A DNA stretch of 53,477 nucleotides, counting the filler, from Dirinaria sp. TL-2023a (Eukaryota): assembly GCA_051941275.1 (NCBI GenBank). It is 2 parts of 2 records of this genome, joined end to end, with 100 filler letters (N's around TTAATTAATTAA, not from the genome) between each part and the next. Parts side by side here need not be neighbours in the genome. Positions count along the whole stretch, not along the records: positions 26,797 to 53,477 come from JAVEBF010000158.1; 1 more part is not named here. One strand, 5' to 3'. The notes under the pieces were generated by a model. The model ran no database searches. It had not been told where the DNA came from and saw only the letters and a list, made by a program, of their open reading frames with translations. Within the stretch, counting starts at the first letter, position 1, and each line of letters starts with the position of its first letter. Positions 49,901 through 53,477 of this stretch are shown here, piece after piece. The translations under genes were made by a program, and so were the position numbers.

Positions 49901-52803
49901 ATGCTACATCGGACATCGAATTCGATGTAGTATTTGCAAGATCATAAGCTGATGTATATAGTGCGTTTGGTTTCAGTGAAACGAGTCCAGATCATAAAGC
50001 GAAACCCAAGAATCTTTATCAGCTACTTGCAAAGGCGGCGAGAGATTCAGCAGATCGGGGTATTCTCTATTACTCGCCTGGAAACGTCGATCGAGTCGAC
50101 GCAACCATTTCCTACAGCGAGCTTTTGCGGATTGCACATAAGCACGCAGCACTCCTTCCCCCTATCAAAGGCGTGGATACTTCCATAGTTCTTCTTCACT
50201 TCGACAACCATAGAGATGGAATAGAGTGGTTCTGGTCCGCCATCACAGCGGGATACACGCCAGTCATCTCCACTCCCTTTACCAATGACCTGGAACAGAG
50301 GAAAAAACACATTTCACACCTCCAGACTCTCTTGAAAGATCCGTTGATCCTGACTACCGAAAAATTAGTCCCTGATTTTCTAGGCATGGAAGGCCTCAAG
50401 CTAGAGACTATTGAGAAGATTCGAAAAGGAAGTTCGGTGACGGACGGAGTGTCCCGCCATGATCCGACGACTGCTGGCTCTTCGAAGCATCCCGAGGCTG
50501 TTGCCGTTTTGATGCTTACGTCTGGCTCTACAGGCAATGCCAAAGCTGTCTGCCTCCGTCATGGTCAACTATTACTATCGATTCAGGGGAAATCGAAGCA
50601 CCATGGTACGGATAGATCAGATACATTTCTCAACTGGATCGGCCTCGATCACGTTGCCAATCTCACTGAGACACATCTGCATGCTATGCTGCATGCCGCA
50701 GACCAGATACATGTCAAAGCAGCAGATTTACTGCTGGATCCTCGGATGTTCTTGACGCTCATCTCAAAACACAAAGTCACACATTCTTTTGCACCCAACT
50801 TCTTTCTCGCAAGCTTACGAGCTGCACTCGAGAAGCCTGGACCCTTCAAATCGACTAGCGAACCAGATCTTTCGCAATTCAGGATCCTAATTTCAGGAGG
50901 AGAAGCTAATGTGGTCGAGACGGCGAGTGCATTAACCAATCTCCTTCGTAAATATAATCTACCAACCGACACCGAAGTAGTTCGACCAGGTTTTGGAATG
51001 ACAGAAACCTGTGCAGGCTCCATCTACAGCAAAAAGTGCCCTTCTTATGATGTTGCCCACAACCTCGAGTTCAACTCCTTGGGAACCTGTATACCTGGTC
51101 TCAATATGCGCATCACGACCGAGGATGGTGTTGCTGCTGGACCCAATGAAGTTGGTGGCTTGGAGCTCTCTGGAGAAGTTCTGTTTCGGGAGTACTACAA
51201 CAATCCAAAAGCGACAGAAGAGGCTTTTACATCTGACGGCTGGTTCATTACGGGCGACAGAGCTCTGGTTGACACAAATGGCTACTTGTGCTTGACTGGC
51301 AGGGCCAAAGAGAGCATCATCATCAACGGCGTCAAATACTTTCCGCACGAACTCGAATCGGCTTTGGAGAACGCGACTATTGAAGGTGTAACACCATCTT
51401 ACACCGTCGTCTTTCCACACCGGCCCAAGGGGTCCCAGACCGAAGTATTGTGCGTAGTTTATCTCCCGACCTACCGACCGGACGACATATTGGCTCGCGT
51501 TAGTGCAAACGATGTCATCTCGCGTGTGTGTGTTATGCAGTCTGGCGTCAAGCCTTACCAGATCATACCACTTGAAGCACATCTGCTGCTCAAATCATCC
51601 TTGGGAAAGCTCTCGCGAACGAAGATACGTACAGCATTTGAGAGTGGTGCCTACTCGGCTTATCAGAAAGTCAATAATGAAATTTTATTGAGTTACCGCG
51701 AGGCCCACCGAGAAGCCCCATCGAATAGCGCCGAAGCCAGAATCTTGACACTGTATGCCGAACTCTTCGACCTTCCAGAGGACGATATTGGGGTCAACAC
51801 AAGTTTGTTTGAGATGGGTGTCAGCTCTGTTGAGATCATCAAGCTGAAGACAAGGATCGAAAATGAACTAGAGCTTGAGGACGAGATTCCTATCATAACC
51901 ATGATGACAAACCCGACTATTCGCAATCTAGCAGCTGCGCTCAAGAGGCTGAAATCACCCCAAAAATACTCTCCTGTTGTGACTCTGCAAGCAAGTGGTA
52001 CCAAGACACCGCTGTGGCTCGTACATCCTGGCGTCGGCGAGGTACTCGTCTTTCTGAACCTTGCAAAATACATCGTTGACCGACCCGTCTACGCCCTACG
52101 GGCTCGAGGGTTTGATGTGCGCGAGAGCTACTTCAATGATATTCCCGAGGTCATCAGCACGTACCACGCCGCTATCAAAGAAGTGCAACCCTCAGGACCT
52201 TATGCCATCGCGGGTTACTCTTACGGTTCCATGATCGCGTTCGAGACGACCAAGGTTCTCGAGAGCAAAGGCGACAAGGTGCAGTTCCTAGGAGCCTTCA
52301 ACTTGCCACCGCACATCAAGTTCCGCATGCGCCAGCTCGATTGGGTAGAGGTGATCCTCAACCTTTCTTACTTCTTGGATCTCATTCCAGAAGACTACGC
52401 CCACGAGATCTCGCCCGACATGCACAAGCTAGCAACACACGAGGAAGTTCTCGATTTCATCATCTCCAAGGCACCTCCAACGCGGATGGCCGAAATGGCT
52501 CTCGACAAGCCGAAACTGACCAACTGGGCCGATCTCGCTTACCGCATGCAAGCTATCGCGCAAGACTACGATCCGTCCGGCATGGTCACCAGCATGGACG
52601 TGTTTTACGCCATCCCTTTGGCGGCGGTCGCGCAGAACAAGCAGCAATGGCGCGAGCAGCATCTCAACAAGTGGAGCGATTTCGTGGCCACGCCGCCCAA
52701 ATTCCATGAGGTTGAGGGGGCGCACTATACCATGATCAGCCCTACACACGTCTTCACATTCCAGAAGACTCTCAGAGCTGCGCTCCATGCGAGAGGGTTG
52801 TGA
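49901..52803 (+). CDS. NRPS-like A-T-TE enzyme (aromatic alpha-keto-acid dimerising synthetase); start uncertain
   Basis: A domain: LTSGSTGNAK, WIGLDHVA, FAPNFF, SGGEA, GFGMTETCAG, WFITGD, GRAKE, SSLGKLSR. T domain: LFEMGVSS. TE: HPGVGE, GYSYG, GAHYTM. The frame is open from 49948 without an early ATG; a first exon at 49901-49926 with intron 49927-49976 would restore the frame. Confidence 0.95.
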
Positions 52804-53477
52804 GAGATGCTGGAGCCAAAGCAAAAGGGGGGAGGGCTTATCATGAGTCGAGTATCGGGTGAAAGGAATGAGCTCTCACAAAACTTGACATTTGGACGGT
52901 TCTTTTTTTTGCAAAATGCACATAGTTGATCATTAGAATTTCCTCCCTACCTCTCAAAACTAGGGCTGGGCTTTAAGTCTCAAGCGAGACACTCAAAGCG
53001 GTTCATGGCGTGGCGAACGGCGAGTTGAACTCGATTTACGGACATGTGGCTTCTTACCCCTTGCTTCTTTCCTACCCACCTATGTAAGTACTGTTACATT
53101 AGATAGAATCCCAATTAGCTAAGCTAGCGCCATCCCATCGCTCCCCCCAAAGAAGATGTTCTTGTGGCTCCAAATTTCAATTTCAATTTCAGTAGTCTTC
53201 TACGATTAAATATCCCCCCTAAGAAAAAAAAAAAAAAGAACCCCAAAAAAATTGAAAGCTGGCCTTTATTGGCGTAATGACTTCGCATGTGTGGTGTAGT
53301 TATGTATGTATTCCTCTTAATACGCCTACGCCCCCTTGCTCTATATATACCTCCACCTACCTATATCGAAGTACTATACACGCACGCACTGCCCTTATCT
53401 GCAATCTATCATATAATCCAAGACATGCATGGCGATTGGGGTATTCTAGACTGTGAGGTGGCTTTTTTAAGAGGTAG

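Noticed and set aside
1..53477. CRISPR arrays, rRNA genes, prokaryotic operons
   Set aside because: None seen; the sequence is intron-containing eukaryotic DNA with no regularly spaced repeat-spacer array.

Overview
Filamentous ascomycete genomic DNA with spliceosomal GT-AG introns and CTRAC-type branch sites. The gene repertoire suggests a lichen-forming fungus (Lecanoromycetes-like), but that is inference. The window is two contigs joined at 26697-26796 by an artificial N44-TTAATTAATTAA-N44 linker, so linkage across it is unproven. Left contig: housekeeping genes (MIF2/CENP-C, RNase H2A, TRM9, PEX16), then a secreted Cys-rich protein, a PTS1-bearing alpha/beta hydrolase, a PTH11-like receptor and a tRNA-Met-like gene with a broken T-arm. 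Next comes a ~3 kb cassette bounded by long inverted repeats, holding a nonsense-interrupted AlkB-family dioxygenase and a MYND zinc-finger gene, and then a repeat-built membrane/coiled-coil/Pro-rich orphan. Right contig: a 5'-truncated vWA gene, a secreted amidase, decayed transporter and SDR remnants, a GDXG esterase, a second PTH11-like gene, a cytochrome P450, two small secreted proteins (DUF3237-like, SnoaL-like), a beta-hydroxyacid dehydrogenase and an A-T-TE NRPS-like enzyme. The motifs of the last point to a terphenylquinone (polyporic acid/atromentin-type) synthetase. All calls are from manual motif recognition; no database searches were run and exon boundaries are approximate.
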